Below, in pieces: positions 38,577-50,292 of a stretch of 64,000 bases of DNA. The stretch comes from Flaccisagitta enflata (taxonomy: Eukaryota). Each line of letters opens with the position of its first letter. Position 1 is the first letter of the stretch. A program made the translations under genes and the position numbers. Location of the stretch: NCBI GenBank assembly GCA_965153355.1, contig OZ231126.1, positions 43,152,001 through 43,216,000 of the forward strand, given 5' to 3'. Below the pieces are notes generated by a model, which had not been told where the DNA came from, searched no databases, and worked only from the letters and a program-made list of their open reading frames with translations.

Positions 38577-38889
38577 TTACACGTTTTGTATGGCATACTG
38601 ACTGTTTCGTCTTAGTGGTGTTGGAGTATTGGGAGCATTGCCTTGATTTGCTAGGATTTGCGTTGTTTGTAACTTTTGTTGAAAAATTTTGAATATGGTG
38701 AGAATAATATCGAGCAACACCAGGGCAATGGTGCCAAATTGAAGATATTCGACATCGTCAGTATTCTGTAATACTTTCTTTTTATACTCAGTTTTGAGAT
38801 ACTTCTCTGATACTGGTAAACATCGAGAAGTAGTGGTTCTTCCGGTAGCCGTACGATACACAATCAATTGACAAGCATCCCCGTCTTTC
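38577..38889 (-). CDS. Antisense spliced type I membrane protein (157 aa), exon 2
   Basis: Follows the acceptor ...ATTGATTTTAG|G; 313 nt, in frame with exon 1. Encodes KDGDACQLIVYR..., TM FGTIALVLLDIILTIF, and a tail ending AIQNV*. Confidence 0.8.
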
Positions 38890-39056
38890 CTAAAATCAAT
38901 GATTGACAGGCATGTTAACGATTAGAAATAGAAGTATTTGAATTCAATGCAAGCCTGAACTAATTAATATGTTACCATGGCGAAGAAGGTAATAATAACT
39001 TGAACTGACTTTTGCATTAATCTTGTGTTCAATAATTTTCTCCCCCCCCCACTTAC

Positions 39057-39217
39057 CTGTAGCCCACGCTTTCCAAATACCCCTCAAATTTTTGAAAACA
39101 CTTATTCGAGGGAACTGGATCTTTAACGTAATCCTCAAGTGTTTGCTCATTTGATTCAGAGGCCATTCCCATGGTGAAGAGAAGAGATGCCAACGCGAGA
39201 AAGAGATATTGGTTCAT
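39057..39217 (-). CDS. Antisense spliced type I membrane protein (157 aa), exon 1
   Basis: GCCATCATG start; signal-peptide-like MNQYLFLALASLLFTMGMAS; 161 nt ending CAG|GTAAGT. The 167-nt intron is 39056-38890. Confidence 0.8.
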
Positions 39218-39587
39218 GATGGCTTGTCGCAGTAGTCAAGCGGAGAAGTGATTAGGGAATAAAAGGAATTTTGGTAACCTAACAAATGCCGAGTCTTTTA
39301 TAGTTTCTTTGGATTAGAAGGGTTGTTGATTGATAATTTGAATATTTAGAATTCTCCTTTTCTGTCTTAGTTACTATCCAAACCTATAAGTCGTGACTTA
39401 TAAAAGTTAAAACGTGACCGTTATTTTCCGTTCATTCAAAGATTGTTATTGTTACGCAAACGCCCGCATTTCTGAGGTTTTTCATTTTTAGGTGGGTAAA
39501 AGGAGATCGACTTTGTTTTTAAATTCCGGGAATTTGAAAAAAAGAAAAAAAAAACCTAGTTCACACTAATGGTTTTTTTTTGTCAAC

Positions 39588-39595
39588 AGGGGGGA
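39588..39595 (+). promoter_or_regulatory. Polypurine tract
   Basis: AGGGGGGA immediately before the 3' LTR, preceded by a T-run. Confidence 0.8.
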
Positions 39596-39828
39596 AGTAT
39601 GGAATAGGACTCCTTATACCCACTTGAAACACCCTAATATTAGAATATCCTTTATAAGAATATGAGGGACCCCTATTTAATTTAGCAATTGACGTAATAC
39701 ACCACAAACTTTACAGATTTCTAATGCGGGTGATATATAAACGAATATTTCTTTGGAATTTCAGTAAACCAAGAAATTCCAAAGAAATTTCGTCTTTCTT
39801 TCAGTCCGTATGACTTCAATGTCATACT
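39596..39828 (+). repeat. 3' LTR
   Basis: Copy of 28164-28396. Confidence 0.97.
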
Positions 39829-41278
39829 GTTGAGTTGAGGGGTAGGGTTGAGTTAGGGGTAGGGATGAATTCAAGGGAAGGGTTGAGTTCAGGAGCTGGA
39901 TTGAGTTTTGGGGTAGGGGTGGGTGTAGGGGTAGGATGAGTTAAGGGGTAAGGATGAGTTTAGGGGCAGGGGTGATGTTAGGGGCAGGGGTGATTCTAGG
40001 GTAGGGGTGAGTTTGTGGGTAGGGGTGAGTTTAGGGGTAGGGGTGAGTAAAGGGGTAGGGGTGTGTTTATGGGTAGGGGTGTGTTTATGGGTAGGGGTGA
40101 TTTTAGGGGTAGGGGTGAGTTTAGGGGTAGGGGTGAGTTTAGGGGTAGGAGTGAATTTAGGGGTAGGGGTGAGTGTAGGGGTAGGGGTGAGTGTAGGGGC
40201 AGCGGTGAGTGTAGGGGCAGGGGTGAGTGTAGGGGTGAGTTTAGGTTGTGTCAAATAAAAAAACACTAAAGTGAGGTCCTCTTGTAAAAGTTTGCCTAAA
40301 TACGTCATGGTAAAGGTGTATGTCTGGCCGGCTCCTTCACGTAGACCCCCAAATTTATTCCAAATTCCTCAACCTGGACTCGAAGTTCCCCCCCCCCCCC
40401 CCCCCCCGGCTCAGTCCTGCCCCTTGTTCGTTTCAACTAAGGTTGCCTGTAGAATCCAGAGCGCCTGAGCCGCCTCATTCAGGGCTCGTAATCAATAGCC
40501 CCCCGGCTCCCTCCTATCGTCTCTGAGATTTGAATTTCATTGCTTTCTAGAAACAAAGTCATGTGTGAGTAGGCAAGGGCAGTGATAAAAAAAAGACTAC
40601 ACTTTTTATTTTAAGAAGAACCATGATTTTAAGAACATCAAGCCTTGAAATAGCTCAAAAATTAAGAACGTCAGTTTTTTTACTAGTAAATTTTTAAAAA
40701 AGTAACTAAAGCATATGAGCAGGAGCTCAGCACCGGAAAAAAAAAACACCAACATGCTTATAAAGCTATCAGAGACCCACCGACCGACATAGGGTGCACA
40801 CGCCCTAAGAAAAAATATCTATATTGATGGCTCGCCCTCCTAATCGCGTTGCGTGCTTTGCGACTCTACACCCCGCTTTGTCATCCGTCCTAGTCGGTGT
40901 GTCCGTCCGTCCATCACACTTGATACTTTTTTTATGTTTTTGCAGTTTTTGGCATCAACGCTCTAGCCTAAGATTGTGCTGAAGATAGTGACCTCAAACG
41001 TGGCCCCTGCCCAACCGCACGCAACTGGGATAGCCGTGTATCCGGTTTTGTCAGAGAGAGATAAGGTGAGTCAAGACAAGTTGTGTGTTCCCACTGTTTT
41101 AGTCGCGTGCTACGCGACTCTACACCCCGCTTTGTCCATCCATCGGTCGGTTGGTTGGTCGATCATATTTTACTTTTTTACGAGTTTTATTTTTAGTCGC
41201 GTGCACGTGACTCAACACCTTGGTTGGTCGGTTGGTCTGTCCGTCAGTTCGTCAGTAATACTTTAAAGTTTGAGAGAA

Positions 41279-41469
41279 TCAGAGTAAGAGAGAGAGTCAG
41301 AGTAAGAGAGAGAGTCAGAGTAAGAGAGAGAGTCAGAGTAAGAGAGAGAGAGTCAGAGTAAGAGAGAGAGTCAGAGTAAGAGAGAGAGAGTCAGAGTAAG
41401 AGAGAGAGTCAGAGTAAGAAGAGAGAGAGTCAGAGTAAGAGAGAGAGTCAGAGTAAGAGAGAGAGTCAG
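41279..41469. repeat. Minisatellite (AGAGTAAGAGAGAGAGTC)n, 18-20 bp units
   Basis: About ten visible units. Confidence 0.92.
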
Positions 41470-42419
41470 GGAGAAAATACATAAAAAACTCTTGGAATGA
41501 TTGTAAAATCTGCCTGTTTGTCAGAACAAGGCCGGATACACGGCTACCCCAGTCGCGTGCGGGTGGGCATGGGCCGTAATTGAGGTCACCAGATCATTTG
41601 GGCAGGAGCAGTGAGGCTAAAAATCCCAAAAACCCAAAAAAAGTAAAGTGTGACGGACCGACAGACAGACCGACGGATGGACGGACAGACCGACAAAGCG
41701 AGGTGTAGAGTCGCGTAGGACGCGACTAAAAACTTATGCAAATGTTCATAAAATGAGTTTGAGACCTGAAGTATCTTTCTTTTTCAAAGAATTGAACTTG
41801 AACTACAAAAAAAAAAAAAAGTCCGGATACACGGCAATCCAGTCGCGGACAGTTGGGCAGGAGCAGTAATGCGAAACCATTCGGAATTCAAAAATGTGAC
41901 CTACCGACTGACCGACACGGCAAGGTGTAAAGTCGCGTGTCCGCGACAAAAAATATATTCAATGTGCGGCAGCTACCGGAAGCTACCGGAATCCGCACCT
42001 TTGATCATCAACATTCTCAAATCCTCATTTCCAAAATTCCACAGAAGACAATTTCTCGTTCCCCCTCGGCCGCTGTCGCCATCCTGGATCCCATCGCCTC
42101 CGGCATCATCACAGACATGACGGCGTGTCTCGCCGAGGAAAAATCGGCGTTGGCCAGCGTTGTTGAAGAATCCGCGACAAGGTTTACGTCAATTATTAGA
42201 CTACAGACGACGCGTTACTCGTTTTTGACCCTCGATGGTGAAGTCTTAAGATAGCTCTTCATCGGTGACACTCCTGCCAGCGTCACAACGGGAACTGTAT
42301 CACCAAATGCGGTTGAAGCTTTCGTGGTGTCCAAAATGGGATGGATCCACATCCTCGCCGGTTTTACTTCAAATCATGCGCAAGGCCAGGTTTGCCCATA
42401 CATGCATGTGAACGCACAC

Positions 42420-42513
<94 letters not shown>

Positions 42514-43655
42514 TAACACCCATAAACGTCAAACTTCATAAGCGACCTGTTCGTCCTTCTCTTCCTCTCTTCTTTGTCTCCTTTTTCTCCTTCTTCCTCT
42601 CCTTCTTCTCCTTATTCTACTTCTTCTTCTTCTCCTTCTTCTCCTACTTCCTATCTTCTTCTCCTTCTTCCTCTCTTATACTTTTCTTCTTCTTCCTCTT
42701 CCTCTCCTTCTTCATCTACTTCTTATTCTTCTTCTTCCTCTTCTTGTTCTTGTTCTTCTTTTTCTCCCTTTAATCGTTATCGGTTGGTCTTGCAATCCAT
42801 GCAACATCAAACATCGAGACAAAGATCCATATAACAATAGTAGGTAGCAGAAAGTCATGACATTGTCATAGGCGATTTGATAACTCAGATATAACGTTTT
42901 TCATGCCGTAGAATCGATCTGTGAGGTCAAAAATGGCCATTTCTGAGCGGATCATGGCCAGCAAGCGGCCCTGAACGAGCATATTGGCCCCAAAACAAGC
43001 ATAATGGGCCAAAATAGTGCGATGGAGAGAGACATATAGTACAATAGAATCATCTTTTAACTAAATGTAGCTTTTTCTCATGCATAAACAAAGTTTCGGT
43101 GCTTTCAAAGATTTTTCTCGCCCAATAACAGCCTCAACGAGCCCTGAAATGGCCCTGAATGAGCATATTTGCCCCTCTCATCTCCAAACTTAACATTGCA
43201 ACGTGAATGATTGAATGCTTTACGTTTTGTATGAAACACAGGCAATGAGAGAGAAAGAGAGACAGCTATAGATAGATAGACAAACAGAGATAAATGCTTG
43301 AACAAATAGAATTATACACAGACAGATAGACAGACAGATAGACAGACAGACAGACAGATAGACAAACAGACAGATGTCGACAAACAAACTTTCTTTTTTT
43401 TTTCCCTTTCCCCAAGAATCACTTTTCCATCGTTACACCAACTTTATGTGAGCTTATATTGGTATGCTCAATATCTGACAATTATGAAAAGCGGAGCAAT
43501 ATCCCTCACTATACCCAAATTGAAATAAATGGAAGAGGGCCTTGTGAACCCTCACTGGCTAGTTATGTTATGTTTCCCTTTTTAGATGCGTCATTGCGTC
43601 TCTATTAGAGGCTTTGTGCGTCTGTCTATGGCGTTTTTTCTGTGCATGTAAAATA

Positions 43656-43760
<105 letters not shown>

Positions 43761-44761
43761 AGGGTGCCCAATGAGAAGCCCAGTTACAGGAAGAAAGCTC
43801 AAAGGACATTTCGATAGGTCCAATTTCGGTCACTTAAAATGAAGCGATTATTTACTCCATTTTTTCTTACCCAGCACATAAATTTTTGTTGAGATTGAAA
43901 AAAAAGGATGAATGGTTCAGGATTTGTGGATTAATTCCTTTTGAAGCTAAAGTATTAGTAAGCCAGGCCAACACCTTACAGTCGCGTGCGGTTGGTAAGA
44001 CCATAAGACCAAAAGACTAGAAGACTAAAAGACTTATAGACAAAATGTGAATTGTCTTGAAATAACTTAAAATGACTTAAGATGACCAAAAATGACGGAC
44101 AGACAGACGGACTGACAACCCGACGGACAGAGCGGGTCATGGTCGCGTGCACATGATTAAAAATCAATTAAGACCAACAATTAATGGAATCCATTCAGAT
44201 AATATATAGGGCATTACTGTGCGAATAGAATTAAGAATTTTTGAATGTTATATATCATAGGTTGTTTGTTTGTTTGTTTGTCCCCCCCTCCCCGCGGACC
44301 TGAAATCAAGCCTCTCAAAACTCAAATTAGACCTCTCAGGCCTCAAATCAGGTCTCTCAAGCCTTAAATCAGGTTTCTCAAGCCTCAAACTGTGCTTCTC
44401 AGGCCTCAAATTCACCTTTCAGGCCTTTATTCTCCCCTCTTAGGCATCAAATCAGCCCTATCAGGCCTCGAATCCTCACTCTCAGGCTTCAAACCAACCC
44501 TCTCAAGCCTTGATTTAAGCCAAATCACGCCTCATCAGGCCTAAAGTCTTTCCCTTCAGACCACAAATTTAACATCGCAGGCCTCTAATCTGCTCTCAGA
44601 GGCTCATAATCTCCCTTCTTTGAGCCGAATCAGCCAACACAAGCTTGATATCAGCCCTCAGTCTTCCGGTCAGCCCAGCCATCTTCCTCAGGCCTTGAGC
44701 AAGCTTTAAGGACATCAAACACCCTCAATCAGCCTTCTTCAGAGCCTTATCAACTAACTTA

Positions 44762-45371
44762 GGTCGAGGTGCAAAGGAAGATCAAATTTCAAAAGTCAAA
44801 CCAATTTTTTCAATATTCTAAGTTTTATTAATTCAGATTTTTTTCATCAAAAAATGTAATTATTATGTGGTATTTATTTTAGTTTTGCATGGAAAAGCTT
44901 TGGTAGAAAAAAAAAGAGCGCTGAGAAAGTAAAAAAGAGAGAAAATATGAAGGAATTCTAAAAAGAAATGATTTTGCAACTTGACTTGTCTTAGGGAAAA
45001 TTCTAAGACTCTCTCTGAATGTAAAATTTTGCATTTTCAAAAACATGGCTTCATTCTAAGAACATATAAGAAAAGAGCCATATTCTTAGAAATGCAAAAT
45101 TGCTCGATTTGTTCAAGTCTTAGAATTTTCCCCTCACAGGTTTTGAATTTTTGCTCTCATCATTTTGAAAGAATCTATCACTTTATGTGATCATTTCTTG
45201 TCTTTATCAATTAAACAAAGCAATACCTTTATCATAATAGATTTTTTTTTACTAATAAGATAATTCTAAATAACAAAACTATAAATTTTATTACAAAATT
45301 ATAATCGGGTCATTGATATAGTTATAGAAAGAGTCTGAAACCGAAACTTGACCTTCGTTTGCACCCCGACA
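44762..45371. mobile_element. MITE inserted into a family-B HINE-like copy
   Basis: Imperfect TIRs gtcgaggtgcaaaggaagatcaaatttc and gaaacttgaccttcgtttgcaccccgac; TA on both sides. The host repeat resumes at ggcagaacaaac. Confidence 0.6.
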
Positions 45372-45635
45372 TAGGCAGAACAAACAAAAGTCCCACCCCC
45401 TGTGTTCACAGGACTTTGTCCCCTTCGGGGCTGCTTCCCTGCTTCCTCTCGCTTAAATTTGCAGTCATGCAAAGTAGGGCAACGGGTAGCGCTGACCACT
45501 TACTGCCCTCAGGCAACTGGTTCGATATGTCAGCTTTTTTCACTAAAACACACCTGCCCACAACTGGATGCCCGTGCTTTGGATGTCAAGAAATGGGCTG
45601 AAATGTCAATTGCTGAGTCCCTGTCTATTCCGCCC

Positions 45636-45674
<39 letters not shown>

Positions 45675-46029
45675 AAAAGAGGGGACAGACCTAGTGTCAC
45701 ACAGATTTTGCTATTTGTTCGTCTTTAGGCGGTTATGCGGACCCACCACTGTCTGTTCAGGGCCACTTGCTGGCCATGATCCCGCCAGAATTTGCTATTT
45801 TTGACCTCAGAATCGGATTCTACGGGTCGAAAACCTTTACATACAGTAGATCAAATCCACTGAGATAATTATTTCGATTTCAGCAGCTTTTTTTGCTACC
45901 TACGCTGACCTACGCTGACCTATGCTTTGGCAATTTTCTCCTACTTCTCCTCCTCCAACTCCGTCCCCCTCCCCCAACCTCCAGGCCCATATCTCAGCCT
46001 CGAGGCCCATATCCCAGCCTCAAGGCCCA

Positions 46030-46418
46030 AATATAAATATTTTGAGAGATTTTTCAGGGAACATTGCTTAAATCAAATTTGCTACAACTTTCCCACAGTA
46101 TGTTCTGTAAGAATATCGCTCGTTCGGCCGTTGCTAGGGAGCATATCCTTGTGTGACGACCCCTAGCAACCGCCAAACAAACATTCTTACAGAACATACT
46201 GTGGGAAAGTTGTAGCAAATTTAATTTTAAATATTCCTCAAAATTTCTCAAAATATTGATATTTTAGTAAAATATAGAAATGCATTTCCATGGCAACCAG
46301 CTATCATAGGCAATAAACCATCCCTTTATTAGTCTATGTTTCAAATATCACTCCCCTAGCTTTATTTGTGTTTCCATAATGCTTGCCCCCGTTATCTCAA
46401 GTCTAGACGAAATCTACT
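46030..46418. mobile_element. Partial third copy of the CAGTAGAT foldback MITE
   Basis: Same core as 14192-14765, with right end caagtctagacgaaatctactg|ta. Confidence 0.75.
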
Positions 46419-46960
46419 GTATGTATCCTCAAATCCACTGAGATAATTTTTTCGATTTCAGCACCTTTTTTGCTACCTACTAATATAACAAGGCCGGATA
46501 CACGGCCATCAGTTGCGGACGGGTGGGCAGGGGCAGAAATGCGCGTTTTCCCACTTTTCAACTCGATCACCACGGACCAACCAACCGACCAACCAACGGA
46601 CGGACAAAGCCTCTTATAGAGTTGCGTGTCCGCAACTAAAAAGAATCAGTGCAGTCTAAGTGATGAGAAAAATGGCGGCAAAATTTCTCAGGGTACAATT
46701 GATGATAACGAGTGTGATTTTAAATCTCAATTACGTCAAAAAATCACCCTTTTCACTATTTCCACACATTTTTATACGGTGAATTAAAAAATCAGGGTCT
46801 CGAGAGCGTGAGACAAGGTTTTGAGGATCTTTTGAGAAAACTTAAATAAAGGAGTAAGACTGACTAACACACAATGAAAGTTCATTTACTGATCGGCTTT
46901 GGGTTAGTACTGTGATGCATTGCGACACCTTGAAGCATTCCCGAGTATTGCTTATAGTCT

Positions 46961-48441
46961 AGGATTTAAGGAAAAGGACTCTGCGTTTTTGGGGCAAAGC
47001 GTGAAAATTTGCATACGGGGTCAGTTTTTCGTGCCGAACAAGACTAGAATGGGTACACGTCTGATTTTTTAGTGTACCCATTTCAAAAACGCGTTTTTTT
47101 GCCCAAAAAACACTTTGAAATGGCGCGGACGCCAAACCAATTGACGGATGACTATAAAATTTTAGGTGAAGAAAATTATGCCTTTTTTCTACTTGCATGC
47201 AAAATTTCAGCAAAATCGGTTCAGTAGAAGCGAAGATATTGCCATTTAAAGTTTAGGCCTATTTTCAAAAAAAAGGGCTATGTTTCATTTGGGGTAAAAT
47301 TGTGTTTTTGAGAGTGGAAGTCTAGGTGGTTTCAACACGTATATTCACATAATTTACTCTTAAAACAAAAAATTTAGAAAAAAAAAATCATGTTTTTCCG
47401 TTTTATAGCCAAAAAAAGCATAAGGTGGTCTCCAAAATTTTGGCCTGATTTTAGAAAAATTTAGTGCAAGGAAAGTATGAAAATCATTGATGCAGCGCCC
47501 ACTCAGAATCTACTGTCATAAAGTGTACCAACTTATTCCCAAACTTTCAGAGGGGTACATTAACCCAAAAAGACAAAATTTAAATTCAAAGATTTAAAAA
47601 AAATGACTTAAAATTTAGCATTTTTGGATCACTAGGGACATTTGATAACGCTATAGCCAAAAAATTCAATGTCTGATTAAGAAGCTGAAATTTGTCCAGA
47701 TATACTTACATATAAGGACTTGCATGCAATTTTAAACCAAATTAGTTGGCGTTTGGCTGTAGCGTTACGAAATGTCACAAGGTCAAAATGCAAAATTTTG
47801 GGTCGTTTTTTTTAATTCTTTGAAATTAAATTTTGTCTTTTTTGGTCTATATATCCCTCTGAAAGTATGGGAATAAGTTAGTACACTTTATGACAATAGA
47901 TTCTGGTGATCAATGATTTCTATTTTCGCTTGCATAGCCCTTTCTGAAAGCAGGCCTAGAATTTTGAAGGTTGATTTTGTTTTTGGCCAAAAATGAAAAA
48001 AACATGGATTTTTAATTTTCTTTTTTGTTTTAGGAGTAAGTGGGTAAAATAAATGGTGAAACGATTTCAGGCTTCGGCTCAAAAAAGCTTAATTTTCTTT
48101 GAAGAATTGAAGCATGCTTCACTTACGAAAATAGGCCTGAACTTTAAGCAGCAATATCTTCACTTCTATACAGAACCGATTTTGCTGAAATTTTGCATGC
48201 AAGTAGAAAAAAGGCATATTTTTCTTCACCTAAATTTTTATAGTCATCCGTCAATTCGTTTGGCGTCAGCGCCTCTTCAAAATGTTTTTTTGAAGAAAAA
48301 ACGCGTTTTTGAATGGGTTACACTAAAAAATCAGACGTGTACCCCATCTTATCTTGTTCAGCACAAAAAACTGACCCTGTATGCAAATTTTCACGCTTTG
48401 CCCCAAAAACGCCGAGTTCCTTGTTCCTTGGGTTTATTCCT
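46961..48441. mobile_element. Approximately 1.5-kb foldback element (possibly Kolobok-like)
   Basis: Arms mirror each other to a centre near 47700. The right end is CCT|TTAA; the left end is degraded. Confidence 0.75.
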
Positions 48442-48568
48442 TTAAGAGACGGGACTATTAGCACTTCGCGTGATACTTCTGTTAATGTCAGAAAGCAAAC
48501 TTCACGGCTCTTTCCGCCGCATCACTAGCAGGAGAAATTCCATTTGCGAGTACCCGGAATGAACAATA

Positions 48569-48992
48569 CACTCTTTTTTTTATATAAGAACATCATTTTT
48601 TTTTCGAAGGCTTCATGTTCTTTTTTTCAAAGCCAAATGAAGCCTTCAATGTTCTTAGAGCGTTCTTAATTTTAAATACTATATAAACTATAGGAAACCT
48701 TGTGATATACTATTACTCAATTAAACTAAATATATTTCTTTCAAATACTGTTAAAACAAATGTCAATCATTAAAGTCAGGGGATATTTTCATGATATTTA
48801 TTTAAAGATTGTAAAATATCATTTTGATTATAATAAAATTCAAGTGTTTTCCTAATGTTTTTTAAATATCATTATAAGCGAAATTTTTTTTTAGAATTCA
48901 AAGCCTTCGTATGTTCTTAAAATGTTCTTAATTTTGGGGCCATTTGAAGCCTTGATGTTCTTATAAACTAGGTTCTTATAAAAAAAAGAGTG
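48569..48992. mobile_element. TA-flanked MITE
   Basis: Ends CACTC(T)n...ATAAGAAC and GTTCTTAT(A)nGAGTG; TA at 48567-48568 and 48993-48994. Confidence 0.75.
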
Positions 48993-49447
48993 TATTTGCT
49001 GCTTAATGCCGTATCCTCATTCAAACACCGGCAAATTAAGGAATGATTGAGCACTGGGCAGAAAGTAACGATTCATAGTTTTTTTATGTATTTTAGTTAT
49101 GGACACGCAACTCAATAAGAGGCTTGGAACGTCCGTTGGTCCGTCCGTCGGTCATGGAAATCGAGTTGGAAAAAAAGAAAACGCGCATTTCCGCCCGTGC
49201 CCACCCGTCCGTGGTCAATGAAGAATGTTTTCAATCAGCCTCTCAAATTCTCAATCCCAGATTCTTGATGATTGCCCAAGCGATTTTTTGCCGAGGTCGG
49301 CGTCGAGGACGAGGACGAGCACACCCCCGAGAACCCGAAGAAGACAATGATTTCGATGTATCAAAAGATGCTGTGACAAGGTACGTTTACAAGTTATGTT
49401 TTCGAATTTGTTTTGTATGTGTGTCGGTGTGTGTCGGCGTGTGTGTC

Positions 49448-49528
<81 letters not shown>

Positions 49529-50259
49529 CGAGAGAGCGAGAAGCGAGAGATATTCATTTGTTTGGGTCACATTTTTATGTTTTCTTGTGTCATGTACACT
49601 TTTTGGGCAGCGGCCCCAAAGGGGTCGATGACCTATGGTTTCACACATATGGGGAATTTTCTTCTCCTTCTTCTTCTTCTTCTTCTCCTTCGTACCCCCC
49701 CTCCCCCCAGCCTCCAGGCCCATATCTCAGCCTGGAGGCCCATATCCCAGCCTCGAAGCCCAAATCCCGGTCTTGAGGCCCAATCCCAACCCCAAGGCCC
49801 AAATTCCAGCCTCAAGGGATTTGGGCCTCAAGACGGGGATTTGGGCCTCGAGGCTGGAATATGGCTTCAAGGCTGAGATATGGGCCTGGAGGCTGGGGGA
49901 GGGGGGGTGCGGAGGAGGAGAAATAGTCGCAAAAGCGTTAGATGGTCACTGGTACCCATGCCCTGCCTAAGTTGGTTGTGGTTAAAGTTGAAGGGGGAGC
50001 AGGGCAGCGGCCATCAAGAGGTCAATGACCTATGCTTTCATACATACAGTGTTTCTCCCTCCTCCCTCCATACTCCCCTCAAATCCCAGTCTCATGGCTC
50101 CACCCAGTCTTCGTACCCGCCTCAAATCCCAGTCTTGAGGCCCAAAATCCAGCCCCAAGACCCAAATCCTAGCCTCCAGGCCCAAATCCTAGCCTGGAGA
50201 CTGAGATTTGGGCCTCGAGGCTGGGAACTGGCCCTAGCTGAGCACACCGAACGAAGCAC

Positions 50260-50292
50260 NNNNNNNNNNNNNNNNNNNNNNNNNNNNNNNNN
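50260..50292. other. Assembly gap (33 N)
   Basis: Run of n. Confidence 0.99.

Larger units (their letters stand above)
28164..39828 (+). mobile_element. Full-length Ty3/Gypsy-type LTR retrotransposon (11,665 bp)
   Basis: Two 233-bp direct LTRs, TSD GTTG (28160-28163 and 39829-39832), PBS, PPT, gag, and pol with domain order PR-RT-RH-IN. Confidence 0.96.
27714..40290. mobile_element. Inverted-repeat-bounded element with an internal G-rich 18-mer array, split by the LTR retrotransposon
   Basis: 22-bp IR with one mismatch (27714-27735 CTTTTACAAGAGGATCTCACTT; 40269-40290 AAGTGAGGTCCTCTTGTAAAAG). Array (GGGGTAGGGTTGAGTTGA)n at about 27793-28163, resuming at 39829-40245. Confidence 0.7.

Noticed and set aside
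37524-39057. In-frame fusion of signal-peptide exon 1 to the 143-aa ORF
   Set aside because: Splicing to the 37574 acceptor reaches TAA within five codons, so the 143-aa ORF needs its own ATG.
38944-39150. 68-aa minus-strand ORF in the track
   Set aside because: It is an alternative frame overlapping exon 1 and the intron of the spliced gene, which has far better signals.
36940-39595. Classical sense-strand env gene
   Set aside because: There is no long plus-strand ORF; the 93-aa plus ORF at 37081 is the shadow of the GC-rich antisense gene.
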